Shown here in pieces: positions 44,771-53,530 of a DNA stretch of 53,530 nt (the stretch's first letter is position 1; every line of letters begins with the position of its first letter). The notes under the pieces are model-generated. The model was not told the origin of the DNA. It saw only the letters and a program-made list of their open reading frames with translations, and ran no database searches. The position numbers and the translations under genes are program-made. The stretch is from Candidatus Cloacimonadota bacterium (lineage in GTDB: Bacteria; Cloacimonadota; Cloacimonadia; Cloacimonadales; TCS61): contig JAUXFF010000002.1 in the NCBI GenBank assembly GCA_030620155.1, positions 1-53,530 on the forward strand. Direction: 5' to 3'.

Positions 44771-46908
44771 CCAATACAATTCACTTAAGATTTTTATTTT
44801 TTTTTTTACTATTACTTTCTGTTTTGAATTCAATCGAAATTCCTTTTTCAGATAATGAAATAAAAACAGAAAAAAACTTATTATCACGATTTCTACGAAC
44901 CTCACCAGCTGATTCAGCAGAATGCTTTCTAAATACAAAAGTCTGGTTCTGGCATAACGGTAAGAATTTGTATTTTCTCTGGGAAGCCGAAATAGATGAA
45001 AGTTTCGAATACGGAAAATACACTCCAGTAGATAAATGGCCAGATTCAGATTATTTACGATTACAAATCATTACTGATGTTAAAAGTTACTATGCTTATA
45101 TGTATTATGCATTCCCTTTGGGTAATAGATATGATGCTATCAATAAACCGGATTTTGATTATGACAAAAACTGGAATAGCACATATACTTATCAATCGGA
45201 AATATTAAATAAAACCTGGAAAGTCTTGATGACCATCCCCTTTAAAGATTTACGGTTTTACGGGTCATCTCCTCACAATTGGAAAATTATTCTCACCAGA
45301 AATTTAAGAAAATATAGAGAATATTATACACTACCCTTTGTACTAACAAAATATGGTAGAGATTATTTCAGAAAGGCAGAAAATATTACAATTAATCAGA
45401 ACATTAAAAAAACTAAAAACTTTTATTTCAGACCCTACACAATATTGAATTATGATATTACGGATAAATCAACAACTTATGATCTTGATAATCTTGGTCT
45501 TGATTTTTCTTTCAGTCCGAGTTTCTCTACAAAATTAAAATTTAGCTTCAATCCTGATTATTCCGACGTGCCTATGGATAATGAAATGGATATATACAAC
45601 TCCAGATACCTGCCAACTTTTGAAGAAAATCGTTATTTCTTTATTGAAGATTTTAATATATTTGGAGTTGATAAAAATACTTTTTATACTCGTGATATAA
45701 TTCAACCTCATTATGCGTTAAAATTTTCAGGAAATACTGAACATTATTCTTTCGGCTTTTTATCGACACTAGATAAAGAAATCACTGAAAAAGAAGTTCT
45801 TGAAGATTCTACTATAGTCAAAAACATTATAAATAACAATAACCTGTATAATATCATTGCTTTTAGACCATCAGGCAAAAATTATAGTATTCAAATGACT
45901 CTCTTAAGTAAAATGCATAATGATTACGAAAATGGAAAAATAATAAATGATTATCATAATGAAGTGTTTCACCTGGCTCCGGAATGGGAAATATCGGATA
46001 ATAAAACATTGTGGCTAAACCTTAATTTATCTATAAAAGAAGAACAAAATACTGAATCAAAAAAAGGGTATTATGGTGAAATAGGTTTTAATGTTATCCA
46101 GAATGATTTTTTTATCTCTTTATCAACTCAGAGAATGTCTAAAGACTATCAAATGGATATGGGAAGAATATATGAAGATGATTTTTATGGATGGAATCTT
46201 GATGTTAATTACGAAAAAGATATTAACTGTGCAGCTGTCAGAGAACTCGGATCAGGAGTATCTCTAGGTGAAGAAATTGATAATATTTCAAACGAATTAT
46301 TAGAAAGGCTTTTCTCAATTAATTTCTGGATAGATTATCAGTTCGATCTAAAACTTTACCTGGATTTTGCTTATGTAAAAGAGTTATATTATTCTCAATT
46401 CTTTGATAAATATAGAACCGGTATTAATTTGACCTGGGATAGAATCAATTGGTTCTATCCAAAATTTGCCTGGAATATTATAGAAACCTTGATTTATACA
46501 CTAAATAATACTTACCCGGGATATTATTTACAATACGGTATCTCCGGAGATATCAGTAAATATTTATCTTATAATCTAGCTGCTGATCATATCATTATCG
46601 AAGACGTTCCGGAACATCCTGAAGTTGATGACAATTATTGGATTAGTAATTTTGATTTTACAATAAGCCTTTCAAATAATCTTTCATTAACTAATGGAAT
46701 AAGATTTAATAACTACCAGTGGTCTGAATATAAAAACTACCAGTGGTCTGAATACAGAGATCATTTAGGAATATTTTCCAATTTTCGCTGGGAATACAAA
46801 CCCGGTTCAAATCTTTATTTAGGTTATAAATCTTCAACAGATGAAATAAACGGAGAATATACAAAAGACTACGAACTTTTATACATAAAAATTTCCTTTA
46901 CATTCTAA
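44767..46908 (+). CDS. large outer-membrane beta-barrel-like protein of unknown function
   Basis: The start overlaps the kinase stop (ATGA). Signal-like LRFLFFFLLLLSVLNS. The 713-aa product is rich in Y/N/F/D, and the C-terminal ...LYIKISFTF ends in Phe, like an OMP beta-signal. Confidence 0.6.
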   Translation: MTNTIHLRFLFFFLLLLSVLNSIEIPFSDNEIKTEKNLLSRFLRTSPADSAECFLNTKVWFWHNGKNLYFLWEAEIDESFEYGKYTPVDKWPDSDYLRLQIITDVKSYYAYMYYAFPLGNRYDAINKPDFDYDKNWNSTYTYQSEILNKTWKVLMTIPFKDLRFYGSSPHNWKIILTRNLRKYREYYTLPFVLTKYGRDYFRKAENITINQNIKKTKNFYFRPYTILNYDITDKSTTYDLDNLGLDFSFSPSFSTKLKFSFNPDYSDVPMDNEMDIYNSRYLPTFEENRYFFIEDFNIFGVDKNTFYTRDIIQPHYALKFSGNTEHYSFGFLSTLDKEITEKEVLEDSTIVKNIINNNNLYNIIAFRPSGKNYSIQMTLLSKMHNDYENGKIINDYHNEVFHLAPEWEISDNKTLWLNLNLSIKEEQNTESKKGYYGEIGFNVIQNDFFISLSTQRMSKDYQMDMGRIYEDDFYGWNLDVNYEKDINCAAVRELGSGVSLGEEIDNISNELLERLFSINFWIDYQFDLKLYLDFAYVKELYYSQFFDKYRTGINLTWDRINWFYPKFAWNIIETLIYTLNNTYPGYYLQYGISGDISKYLSYNLAADHIIIEDVPEHPEVDDNYWISNFDFTISLSNNLSLTNGIRFNNYQWSEYKNYQWSEYRDHLGIFSNFRWEYKPGSNLYLGYKSSTDEINGEYTKDYELLYIKISFTF
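46711..46758 (+). repeat. in-frame 24-bp tandem duplication inside the OMP-like gene
   Basis: aactaccagtggtctgaatataaa / aactaccagtggtctgaatacaga encodes NYQWSEYK NYQWSEYR. Confidence 0.9.
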
Positions 46909-46989
46909 AAAAATATAAAATCCAACTTTCCAAATTCATTATGTTCAGGTTTTATATTTTTCTTCAGGTCTAGATAAAGCTTCAATAAT

Positions 46990-47583
46990 TCAGCTTAATC
47001 GTAAAGTCTCTAATTCTTTCAGGATATCCTTTAATTCAGGTAAAGTCAAATTTTGTTTTACTGTTTCAAAAAATTCAGATGGATCAATAAAATTCTGATT
47101 CTCATATATACCAGCTTGAAAAGCCATTTCTAAACGATCTATTTGACGAACAAACTGAGCTTCTTGTGATTCTCCTTCTTCAAATTCTTCCCAGATTGAA
47201 ATATAATCCAAGCCCTTTGGAAGTTTTCCGAGTACTCGAGAGATAGATTTTTTTTCTAATTGGTATTTCTTATATGATGCTACATTGTCTGCAGGAATTA
47301 AGTCACCCGTATAAATTTCTCCAATATCGTGGATTAAAGCCATCTTAATAACTTTGAATAAATCTAATTCAAGATAATAAATATCTGCTAAGAATAATGA
47401 GAGTAATGCTACAGCAAATGAGTGCTCAGCTACACTTTCGCATCGGGATTCAGGAACACCTCTTTTTAACCATCCCTGACGATATAATTGTTTTAGATGA
47501 TTGAACTCAAAATACACTTCTATAATCGGTAATGTGGTTATATTTTTCAGAAAATTAATAGGTGAAGAATCTTTAGTCTGCAT
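46990..47583 (-). CDS. HD-domain hydrolase (YfbR-like 5'-deoxynucleotidase family)
   Basis: ESVAEHSF.VALL ... ALIHDIGEIYTGD matches the H...HD...D metal-binding pattern. Confidence 0.75.
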   Translation of the reverse strand: MQTKDSSPINFLKNITTLPIIEVYFEFNHLKQLYRQGWLKRGVPESRCESVAEHSFAVALLSLFLADIYYLELDLFKVIKMALIHDIGEIYTGDLIPADNVASYKKYQLEKKSISRVLGKLPKGLDYISIWEEFEEGESQEAQFVRQIDRLEMAFQAGIYENQNFIDPSEFFETVKQNLTLPELKDILKELETLRLS

Positions 47584-47863
47584 ATTGACCTCCTATAAAA
47601 TAATAATAAAAGTATTCTGCAAAATTAAAGAAATCTATGAATCTATTTTTTCCCTCATCCCTTAATCCCTTCTCCCAAAAGGAGAAGGGGAATTCTGTCT
47701 TGAGGTCAGAAAACACTCTATTTTGTAGAATTTACATAATAAATAGAGAAGATTGGAAGAACCGAAGTCCTATTTTTTAATCAAAACGCTTTCATGAACA
47801 TGTGTCTCTATGCGCATCAAAATTTCATATGAATACTAATCTTTTAATATTATCTTATTCCTT

Positions 47864-48769
47864 CTATTTTCTCACAAGCATCAACTTAGCGAATCTGCCA
47901 TGCCAATGTCCGATCAACTTTGCCAGGTGCAAAGTTGATAACAATAGTAACGCTCCTGCAACCGGTAAAAGAGGCAGGAACCATTTAGGGGTGTACGCAT
48001 TGTGTCCTGCTATTTCCATAGGAAGATGAAATATAAGTTCCAGAACGGGTGCCGCTATCAGACTTAATGATACTGATATAAAGCATAAGATCAATGTAAA
48101 ATAAAATATGCCCAAAGCCATCTGCAGCAACATATAGGCAATAGCTTTCCAGGTTATTCCTGCTGTAACTAAAGCCTTGAATTTACCCCACCAGCCACGG
48201 TCTTTACTCATGAACATCGGTTTACGCGGCATACGCACTCCCAGAAGTGCCTCAACAATACGCCCCTCCATAAGAGCTATACCTCGGACAGAAAGAAGAA
48301 AGAATCCTGCAAGTGGTAATCCAATGATAAATATCAACATGGGTAAGGAAAAAGATAATCCACAAATAACCCAAATGCCATATATCATTCCGGTTATAAT
48401 AGAAATAAACATATAAAGGGCTGCACCCCACGCTCTGGGATCAGTGATTACCATAACGAATTTCTTCCACCAGGGAGATTTATCCGCATCTGGTGAAGGA
48501 GCCAGTACAGGTTTAAAACGGACTTCCAGTTTTTTGTAATCTGTAGCAATTTCTGCAGATTCTCCATAATTTTCAATAACTTGCGAAAGTGCTTCTGCTT
48601 CTGTAATATCCTGTTCACTACTTTTTAGATTTTCCAGTGCAGTACGCAGATGTTCCTCAGCATCTGTTAGGGCATCCTGGATGAGTGCTTTGTCACACCC
48701 TTTTAAATCACGTTTCAGCTTTAATAAAAATTCCTCTATACTATTATACATTTTCTTCACCTCCCACAA
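47864..48769 (-). CDS. PadR-associated membrane protein (N-terminal DUF1700/HAAS-like helical domain + 4-5 TM)
   Basis: N-terminal SIEEFLLKLKRDLKGCDKALIQDALTDAEEHL resembles the DUF1700/HAAS type, followed by hydrophobic helices. The gene overlaps or abuts the PadR gene. An alternative start lies at 48751. Confidence 0.6.
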   Translation of the reverse strand: MWEVKKMYNSIEEFLLKLKRDLKGCDKALIQDALTDAEEHLRTALENLKSSEQDITEAEALSQVIENYGESAEIATDYKKLEVRFKPVLAPSPDADKSPWWKKFVMVITDPRAWGAALYMFISIITGMIYGIWVICGLSFSLPMLIFIIGLPLAGFFLLSVRGIALMEGRIVEALLGVRMPRKPMFMSKDRGWWGKFKALVTAGITWKAIAYMLLQMALGIFYFTLILCFISVSLSLIAAPVLELIFHLPMEIAGHNAYTPKWFLPLLPVAGALLLLSTLHLAKLIGHWHGRFAKLMLVRK

Positions 48770-49112
48770 TGTTGTCTATAAATGCTTTGATCTCTTCCCA
48801 GATATTTATCCATTCGGTCAGGGTATGGTTACCTGAATCAGTGATTTGGTAATAGCGTCTGGGTGGACCGGAAATTGAGGGATCCACATAGCTACTTAAT
48901 AACCCAGCAGCAGCCAGGGAGCGTAATACCGGGTAAAGCGCTCCCTGCTTCATCATCCGGATGTTCTCTCCCCTGGCTTCGATTATTTTTGCGATCTGAT
49001 AGCCATACATCGGTTCTTTTACCTGAGCCAGGAAACTTAACAGGACTAAAGCTGCTGTACCGGCGTTTAATTCTTTCCTGAATTTTTTATTAACTTCGAC
49101 TGTAACGGTCAA
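48744..49112 (-). CDS. PadR-family transcriptional regulator
   Basis: YGYQIAKIIE......MKQGALYPVLRSLAAAGLL.S.........RRYYQITDSG is the canonical PadR winged helix. Confidence 0.85.
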   Translation of the reverse strand: MTVTVEVNKKFRKELNAGTAALVLLSFLAQVKEPMYGYQIAKIIEARGENIRMMKQGALYPVLRSLAAAGLLSSYVDPSISGPPRRYYQITDSGNHTLTEWINIWEEIKAFIDNIVGGEENV

Positions 49113-49423
49113 ATCTCACCACCTCCTTTATTTTACAATTAATAACTTCCATATATTAGCAATTTCTCAATATTGCGAGGTCAATACTATTGATAAGTTA
49201 ATAATATGTCAAGAAAAAAATTCGCTGGCTGTGTTAACTTACTGGAATATCTTCAATTAGGATATAAAAATTCAGATTCTAAAACTTTTGGAACAAGGAA
49301 AAATCATCAAAGAATTCATATTAAGTTCTTTATTGTGTACTTCATTAGAAAATTTCACTTTACAAATCTGCTTTAAACTTCAAAATCAAAACAAAATAAA
49401 AATTTTTAAAAAGGGGAATATTT

Positions 49424-50266
49424 ATGAAATATGTAGGAGCTCATGTCAGCGCCAGTGGAGGTGTTGAAAATGCACCTTTGAATGCCAAAGAGATTAAGGC
49501 AAAATCTTTTGCACTCTTTACCAAAAATCAGCGTCAATGGAAGTCCAAGCCATTAACTGAAGAAAATATTAATCTTTTTAAACAGAATTGTAAAACTAAT
49601 AAATACGAAGCAAAACACATCCTGCCCCATGATAGTTACCTGATAAACCTGGGGCATCCGGGAAAAGATGGTTTAAAACGTTCCAGGGATGCCTTTCTTG
49701 ATGAAATGCAAAGATGTGAACAATTAGGGTTAATCATGTTGAACTTCCATCCAGGCAGCAGTCTTGGTAAAATATTCCCTGAAAAATGCCTGAAATTAAT
49801 AGCAGAATCTATCAATATCGCTCTAAATAAGACAAAGAATGTTACAGCAGTTATTGAAAACACGGCGGGACAAGGAAATAACGTTGGGTATACATTTGAA
49901 CATATTTCTGAAATAATAAGTATGGTTGAAGATAAAACCAGGGTTGGTGTATGCCTGGATACTTGTCATTGCTTTGCTGCTGGATACGATTTAAGCACAA
50001 AAGAAAATTATGAACAGACTTTCAGAGAATTTGATAAGATTGTAAGTTTACAATATCTTAGAGGAATGCATTTGAATGATTCCAAAAAAGACTTGGGTAG
50101 CAGAATTGATCGTCATGAACAAATAGGTAAAGGAAAAATCGGTCTTGAAGCCTTTAAAATGATTATGAATGATGATAGACTGGATAACATTCCGATGATC
50201 CTGGAAACACCTGATAACAGTAAATGGGCAAAGGAAATTATACTGCTGAATAAATTAGTGAAATAG
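49424..50266 (+). CDS. nfo: endonuclease IV (AP endonuclease)
   Basis: [49 protein letters not shown] and DRHE.IG.G motifs. Confidence 0.92.
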   Translation: MKYVGAHVSASGGVENAPLNAKEIKAKSFALFTKNQRQWKSKPLTEENINLFKQNCKTNKYEAKHILPHDSYLINLGHPGKDGLKRSRDAFLDEMQRCEQLGLIMLNFHPGSSLGKIFPEKCLKLIAESINIALNKTKNVTAVIENTAGQGNNVGYTFEHISEIISMVEDKTRVGVCLDTCHCFAAGYDLSTKENYEQTFREFDKIVSLQYLRGMHLNDSKKDLGSRIDRHEQIGKGKIGLEAFKMIMNDDRLDNIPMILETPDNSKWAKEIILLNKLVK

Positions 50267-50530
50267 CTGAGTTAAATCAACATCTGGTCGTAACTGGATC
50301 AGGGTATAAATTACAATTTAATTCATTTTTAATAGTCAGAAAGTGTCTTGATATAACCTTCCCAGGGCCCCTTACACCCCAATATTCATCATGGCAGGAA
50401 GAATTTCTAATCTGGTTGACCTTTGGAAGGATGAACAACTTAAATTATAATATATAAAAAAGGCTACCTAAAAGATAGCCCTTAATATTATAAATATTTT
50501 TAGATATGGAGATCCTAATACTTTAAAATT

Positions 50531-50887
50531 CTAATTTTTCCCTAATAGCACATCTTCAATCGCTTTTTTAAAAGATTCCTTTGGTAGAGCTCCCATTGCC
50601 ATCTGTGGTTTACCTTCCATCGGAGCAAATAATATTGAAGGTATGCTTCTGATACCGAAGGTAGCTGATAGTTCCGGTTCCTGCTCAGTATCTACTTTAA
50701 AAATGTTAATTTTACCTTCATATTCTTTAGATAATTCTTCTAGAATCGGTGTTAACATTTTACATGGTCCACACCAATCTGCGTAAAAATCAATAATACC
50801 GGGTAATTTACCTTCGTATTTCCATTCCTTATTCTTCTCATAATTAAAAATTTTTTCTTTAAATGTTTCCTTTGATAATAATTCCAC
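50531..50887 (-). CDS. thioredoxin-family protein
   Basis: DFYADWCGPCK active site. 118 aa. Confidence 0.88.
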   Translation of the reverse strand: MELLSKETFKEKIFNYEKNKEWKYEGKLPGIIDFYADWCGPCKMLTPILEELSKEYEGKINIFKVDTEQEPELSATFGIRSIPSILFAPMEGKPQMAMGALPKESFKKAIEDVLLGKN

Positions 50888-50898
50888 TTTTTCTCCCT

Positions 50899-50977
50899 TG
50901 TCCCGGCGTAGTCCGGCAGCTGCCGGACGAAGCCGGACTGTCCCGGCGAAGTCCCAATTTATTGGGAACGAAGCCGG
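50899..50977. repeat. GC-rich nested-palindromic repeat, two tandem units (locus B, inverted relative to locus A)
   Basis: tgtcccggcg-ta-gtccggcagctgccggac-gaagccgg / ac-tgtcccggcg-aa-gtcccaatttattgggaac-gaagccgg. The 34 nt at 50944-50977 are the exact reverse complement of 5866-5899. Confidence 0.8.
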
Positions 50978-51125
50978 TTTATTATTTTTTAATTTTATTA
51001 GAATATAATCTTAAATTTCATAATGTCAACTATTAATTATATTAAAATTTATAAATTCAATAATAGCTTGCCAAATTAACGATAAATGAAAAATTTAGTG
51101 TAAGAATAGAATATAAGGATTTCTT

Positions 51126-53333
51126 ATGAAACCAATTTATTTAGATTATAATGCTACTACACCTTTAGCTCCTGAAGTTGCTGCAGAGATGCAACCATAT
51201 TTAACCGATTTTTTTGGAAATCCCTCCAGTTCTCATTGGTATGGCATGCAAGCAAGAAAAGCAGTGGAAAAAGCAAGGAAACAAATTTCAGACCTTTTAA
51301 ATTGTGAACTTGAAGAAATTATTTTTACCAGTGGTGGTACGGAATCAAATAACTATGCAATAAAAGGTTCTGCTTTTGCCTATAAGCATAAAGGTAATCA
51401 CATAATAACATCAGCTATCGAACATCCTGCAGTAATGGAAGTGTGTAAGTATCTTGAAAAGAATGGATTCAATATAACTTATTTGCCTGTTGATGAATAT
51501 GGTCTTGTTAGTGTCGAAAATGTAAAAGGTTCTATCACTCCACAGACTATTTTAATATCAATAATGCATGCAAATAACGAAGTAGGGACAATACAGCCAA
51601 TTAAAGAAATTGCAAAAATCGCAAGCCATAACAACATTATTTTTCATACTGATGCAGCTCAATCAACAGGGAAAATCCCGACAGATGTTAAGGAACTTGG
51701 TATAGATTTGTTATCCATTGCCGGGCATAAGTTTTATGCTCCCAAGGGAATAGGTGCACTTTATATTAAACTGGGTACTGAACTCGAAAAAATGATCCAT
51801 GGAGCAGAGCACGAACAAAATCTAAGAGCTGGTACGGAAAACGTCCTGGAAATTGTTGGTCTGGGAAAAGCCTGTGAAATTGCAAAACGTGACCTTTCAA
51901 AGAACAAAACCCATATGAAAAAAATGCGTGACCGGTTGCATCAGGGATTGAAAGTTGAAATAGATGAACTCAAATTAAATGGTCATCCTGAGTTGCGGTT
52001 GCCAAATACTCTCAGTTTAAGTTTCAGAAATATTGAAGCCAATCTTATATTATCAGAATTGGATGATGTTGCTGCTTCCGCTGGAGCAGCGTGTCACTCA
52101 GACAAAATTGAAGTCTCCTATGTTCTTGAAGCCATGAAAGTTCCTCTCGATTATGCCATGGGAACCATAAGATTCTCAACCGGAAGGTCAACCACAATCG
52201 ATGAAATCGATGAAGCTGTAAGTAAGATCACTAAGATTGTTAAAAAAATAAAACCCTCAGAAAAATCTACTCCTGTTACTTTCGAAAAAGTCGAAGAAAT
52301 AAAACTTACTCATTTCACAACAGGATTGGGTTGCGCATGTAAATTAAGACCGCAGGCTTTGGAAAAAATCCTGTGTGATTTACAGATATCTACTGATCCC
52401 AGGATCATTGTAGGCACTAATACAGCGGATGATGCTGCTGTTTATCGTCTTAATGAAAAAACTGCTTTAGTTCAGACGGTTGACTTTTTTACTCCTATAG
52501 TTGATGATCCTTATAAATTTGGAGTCGTTGCTGTTGCCAATTCATTAAGCGACATATATGCCATGGGAGCAAAGCCATTATTTGCTTTAAATATTGTAGG
52601 ATTCCCTTCTAATCGTTTGCCTATGGAAGTATTGAAAAAAATTCTGCAAGGAGCCCAGGATAAAGCAGAAGAAGCAGGGATAAGCATTATTGGGGGTCAC
52701 ACAATCGATGACCCGGAACCAAAATACGGTCTTGTAGTTCTGGGTTTAGTCCATCCTGATAAAATTCTAACCAACTCAAATGCTCAACCCGGAGATGCTC
52801 TAATTTTAACAAAACCAATTGGATTGGGAATAATTTCCACTGCAGTGAAAAAGGGATTAACCACAAAAGAAACAGAAGATCGAGCTTTTGAAATAATGAG
52901 CACACTGAATGATAAAGCTGCTGAAATAATGTCTTTTTTCCCTGTGAATTCCTGTACTGACATAACCGGATTCGGGTTGATGGGGCACCTGAAAGAAATG
53001 TCGCAAGCCAGTAAGGTAAACTCTGAAATAATACTTGATAATGTCCCAACTATTTCGGAAGCGTGGGATTTGATTTCAAACAATATCATTCCTGGAGGTA
53101 CCTTAAACAACCTGGATTATGTATCGGAATTTGTGAGTTGGGATACTGGAATAACACGTTCAGAAAAAATAATGTTATGCGATGCTCAAACCTCAGGTGG
53201 GCTTTTAATTTCTCTTCCAGGAAAATATAAAGAAAAGATACTAAAAGAACTTAAAGCAAAGGGAATAAAAGATGCTGCATGTGTAGGTACATTCACAGAG
53301 AAAGGTTCCGGTATTATTCTTGTAAAAAAATAA
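51126..53333 (+). CDS. selD: fusion protein: NifS-like cysteine desulfurase/selenocysteine lyase + selenide, water dikinase (SelD)
   Basis: The N-terminal ~385 aa carry SGGTESNN, the PLP-Lys motif IAGHKFYAPKG, and active-site SAGAACHS. The C-terminal ~350 aa carry GLGCACK (Cys-type SelD loop), DDAAVY, TVDFFTPIVDDPY, NSLSDIYAMGAKP and GGHTIDD. Confidence 0.88.
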   Translation: MKPIYLDYNATTPLAPEVAAEMQPYLTDFFGNPSSSHWYGMQARKAVEKARKQISDLLNCELEEIIFTSGGTESNNYAIKGSAFAYKHKGNHIITSAIEHPAVMEVCKYLEKNGFNITYLPVDEYGLVSVENVKGSITPQTILISIMHANNEVGTIQPIKEIAKIASHNNIIFHTDAAQSTGKIPTDVKELGIDLLSIAGHKFYAPKGIGALYIKLGTELEKMIHGAEHEQNLRAGTENVLEIVGLGKACEIAKRDLSKNKTHMKKMRDRLHQGLKVEIDELKLNGHPELRLPNTLSLSFRNIEANLILSELDDVAASAGAACHSDKIEVSYVLEAMKVPLDYAMGTIRFSTGRSTTIDEIDEAVSKITKIVKKIKPSEKSTPVTFEKVEEIKLTHFTTGLGCACKLRPQALEKILCDLQISTDPRIIVGTNTADDAAVYRLNEKTALVQTVDFFTPIVDDPYKFGVVAVANSLSDIYAMGAKPLFALNIVGFPSNRLPMEVLKKILQGAQDKAEEAGISIIGGHTIDDPEPKYGLVVLGLVHPDKILTNSNAQPGDALILTKPIGLGIISTAVKKGLTTKETEDRAFEIMSTLNDKAAEIMSFFPVNSCTDITGFGLMGHLKEMSQASKVNSEIILDNVPTISEAWDLISNNIIPGGTLNNLDYVSEFVSWDTGITRSEKIMLCDAQTSGGLLISLPGKYKEKILKELKAKGIKDAACVGTFTEKGSGIILVKK

Positions 53334-53436
53334 TATTGAGAATGAATTTCCACCCGGTCTGGGAAAAATTTTTACATTACACCATACAAATAATTTCTTA
53401 CCCCTCATAAAAATTTTTTTATAAAAAGGAGATCTA

Positions 53437-53530
53437 ATGAAAAAGTTAATTGTTATTATTGTAATTATTGTATCATTTATGTATTTGAAAGCAGAAGAAT
53501 GGAATCTTAAAGCAGATATTTCACTTATGA
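53437..53530 (+). CDS. start of a secreted/membrane protein gene (3' end outside window)
   Basis: AAAGGAG lies 6 nt upstream of the ATG. MKKLIVIIVIIVSFMYLKA is signal-like. The frame is open to the window end. Confidence 0.4.
   Translation, partial: MKKLIVIIVIIVSFMYLKAEEWNLKADISLM

Noticed and set aside
47667-47689. The hairpin cccttctcc-caaaa-ggagaaggg, as a terminator or island border.
   Set aside because: No U-run follows on either strand and I noticed no second copy in the window. I noted it but could not interpret it.
49138-49210. Imperfect inverted repeat ttaataactt ... aagttaataa upstream of the PadR gene, as an operator.
   Set aside because: It is a 9/10 match in very AT-rich DNA with ~45-nt spacing. 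That is not distinguishable from chance by eye.
50531-50887. Possible selenoprotein (in-frame TGA) version of the thioredoxin next to nifS-selD.
   Set aside because: The active site is a normal WCGPCK and the ORF has no internal TGA, so there is no evidence of Sec recoding.
1-53530. tRNA, rRNA, tmRNA and RNase P genes.
   Set aside because: I found no GC-rich cloverleaf-sized or rRNA-like segments while reading the intergenic regions. The only convincing structured non-coding gap is the 6S-like one at 36104-36279. A tRNAscan/cmscan run is still needed to be certain.

Overview
The window is low-GC bacterial DNA. 60-nt samples I counted gave about 23-40% G+C in most genes, with several patches above 50%. 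It looks like an uncultivated diderm: it has porin and OMP genes, and secreted proteins carry Por/T9SS-type C-terminal sorting tails (NYPNPFNP...IYNIKGQK...GIYxYKL), as seen in FCB-group and Cloacimonadota-like lineages. That taxonomic placement is inference only. All family calls come from reading motifs in the supplied translations; no searches were run.

Layout:
(1) 1-8.2 kb is a mosaic accessory and decay zone. It holds a T9SS cargo gene, a PNPOx-like gene, a GNAT gene on a ~55% GC patch, a TPR lipoprotein, a multiply disrupted OMP-like pseudogene, an orphan T9SS-tail relic, GC-rich nested palindromic repeats, a 41-bp direct repeat pair, a nested palindrome made of DnaA-box-like 9-mers, and a zinc-ribbon DDE transposase.
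(2) 8.2-30 kb is a large cell-surface phospho-polymer locus. It encodes an MsbA-like exporter, four TagB/TagF-like glycerophosphotransferases, three LicD genes (four LicD domains), three tandem HxGH cytidylyltransferase paralogs, a LicC-like nucleotidyltransferase, a CDP-alcohol phosphatidyltransferase and a SAM methyltransferase. Embedded in it are a porin, a PhnCDE-type importer and an OPA-type MFS transporter.
(3) This locus is split by a 1.9-kb islet bounded by 65-bp direct repeats. The islet carries a SIR2-like gene translationally coupled to a 72-aa zinc-ribbon gene, plus a DNA-methyltransferase relic. This is my best candidate for an undescribed (defence-type) system.
(4) 30-41.6 kb is housekeeping: maf, amidohydrolase, ferredoxin-like membrane protein, folD, YmdB-like, rny, a probable 6S RNA, zapA, pheST, rplT-rpmI-infC with a putative attenuator leader.
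(5) 42-47 kb holds two near-identical tandem small secreted or anchored proteins, a polytopic membrane protein, a HisKA_2 sensor kinase and a large OMP-like protein.
(6) 47-53.5 kb holds an HD hydrolase, a high-GC PadR plus membrane-partner module, nfo, a thioredoxin, a second copy of the GC-rich repeat, and a NifS-SelD fusion.

I recognised no rRNA, tRNA or CRISPR array.
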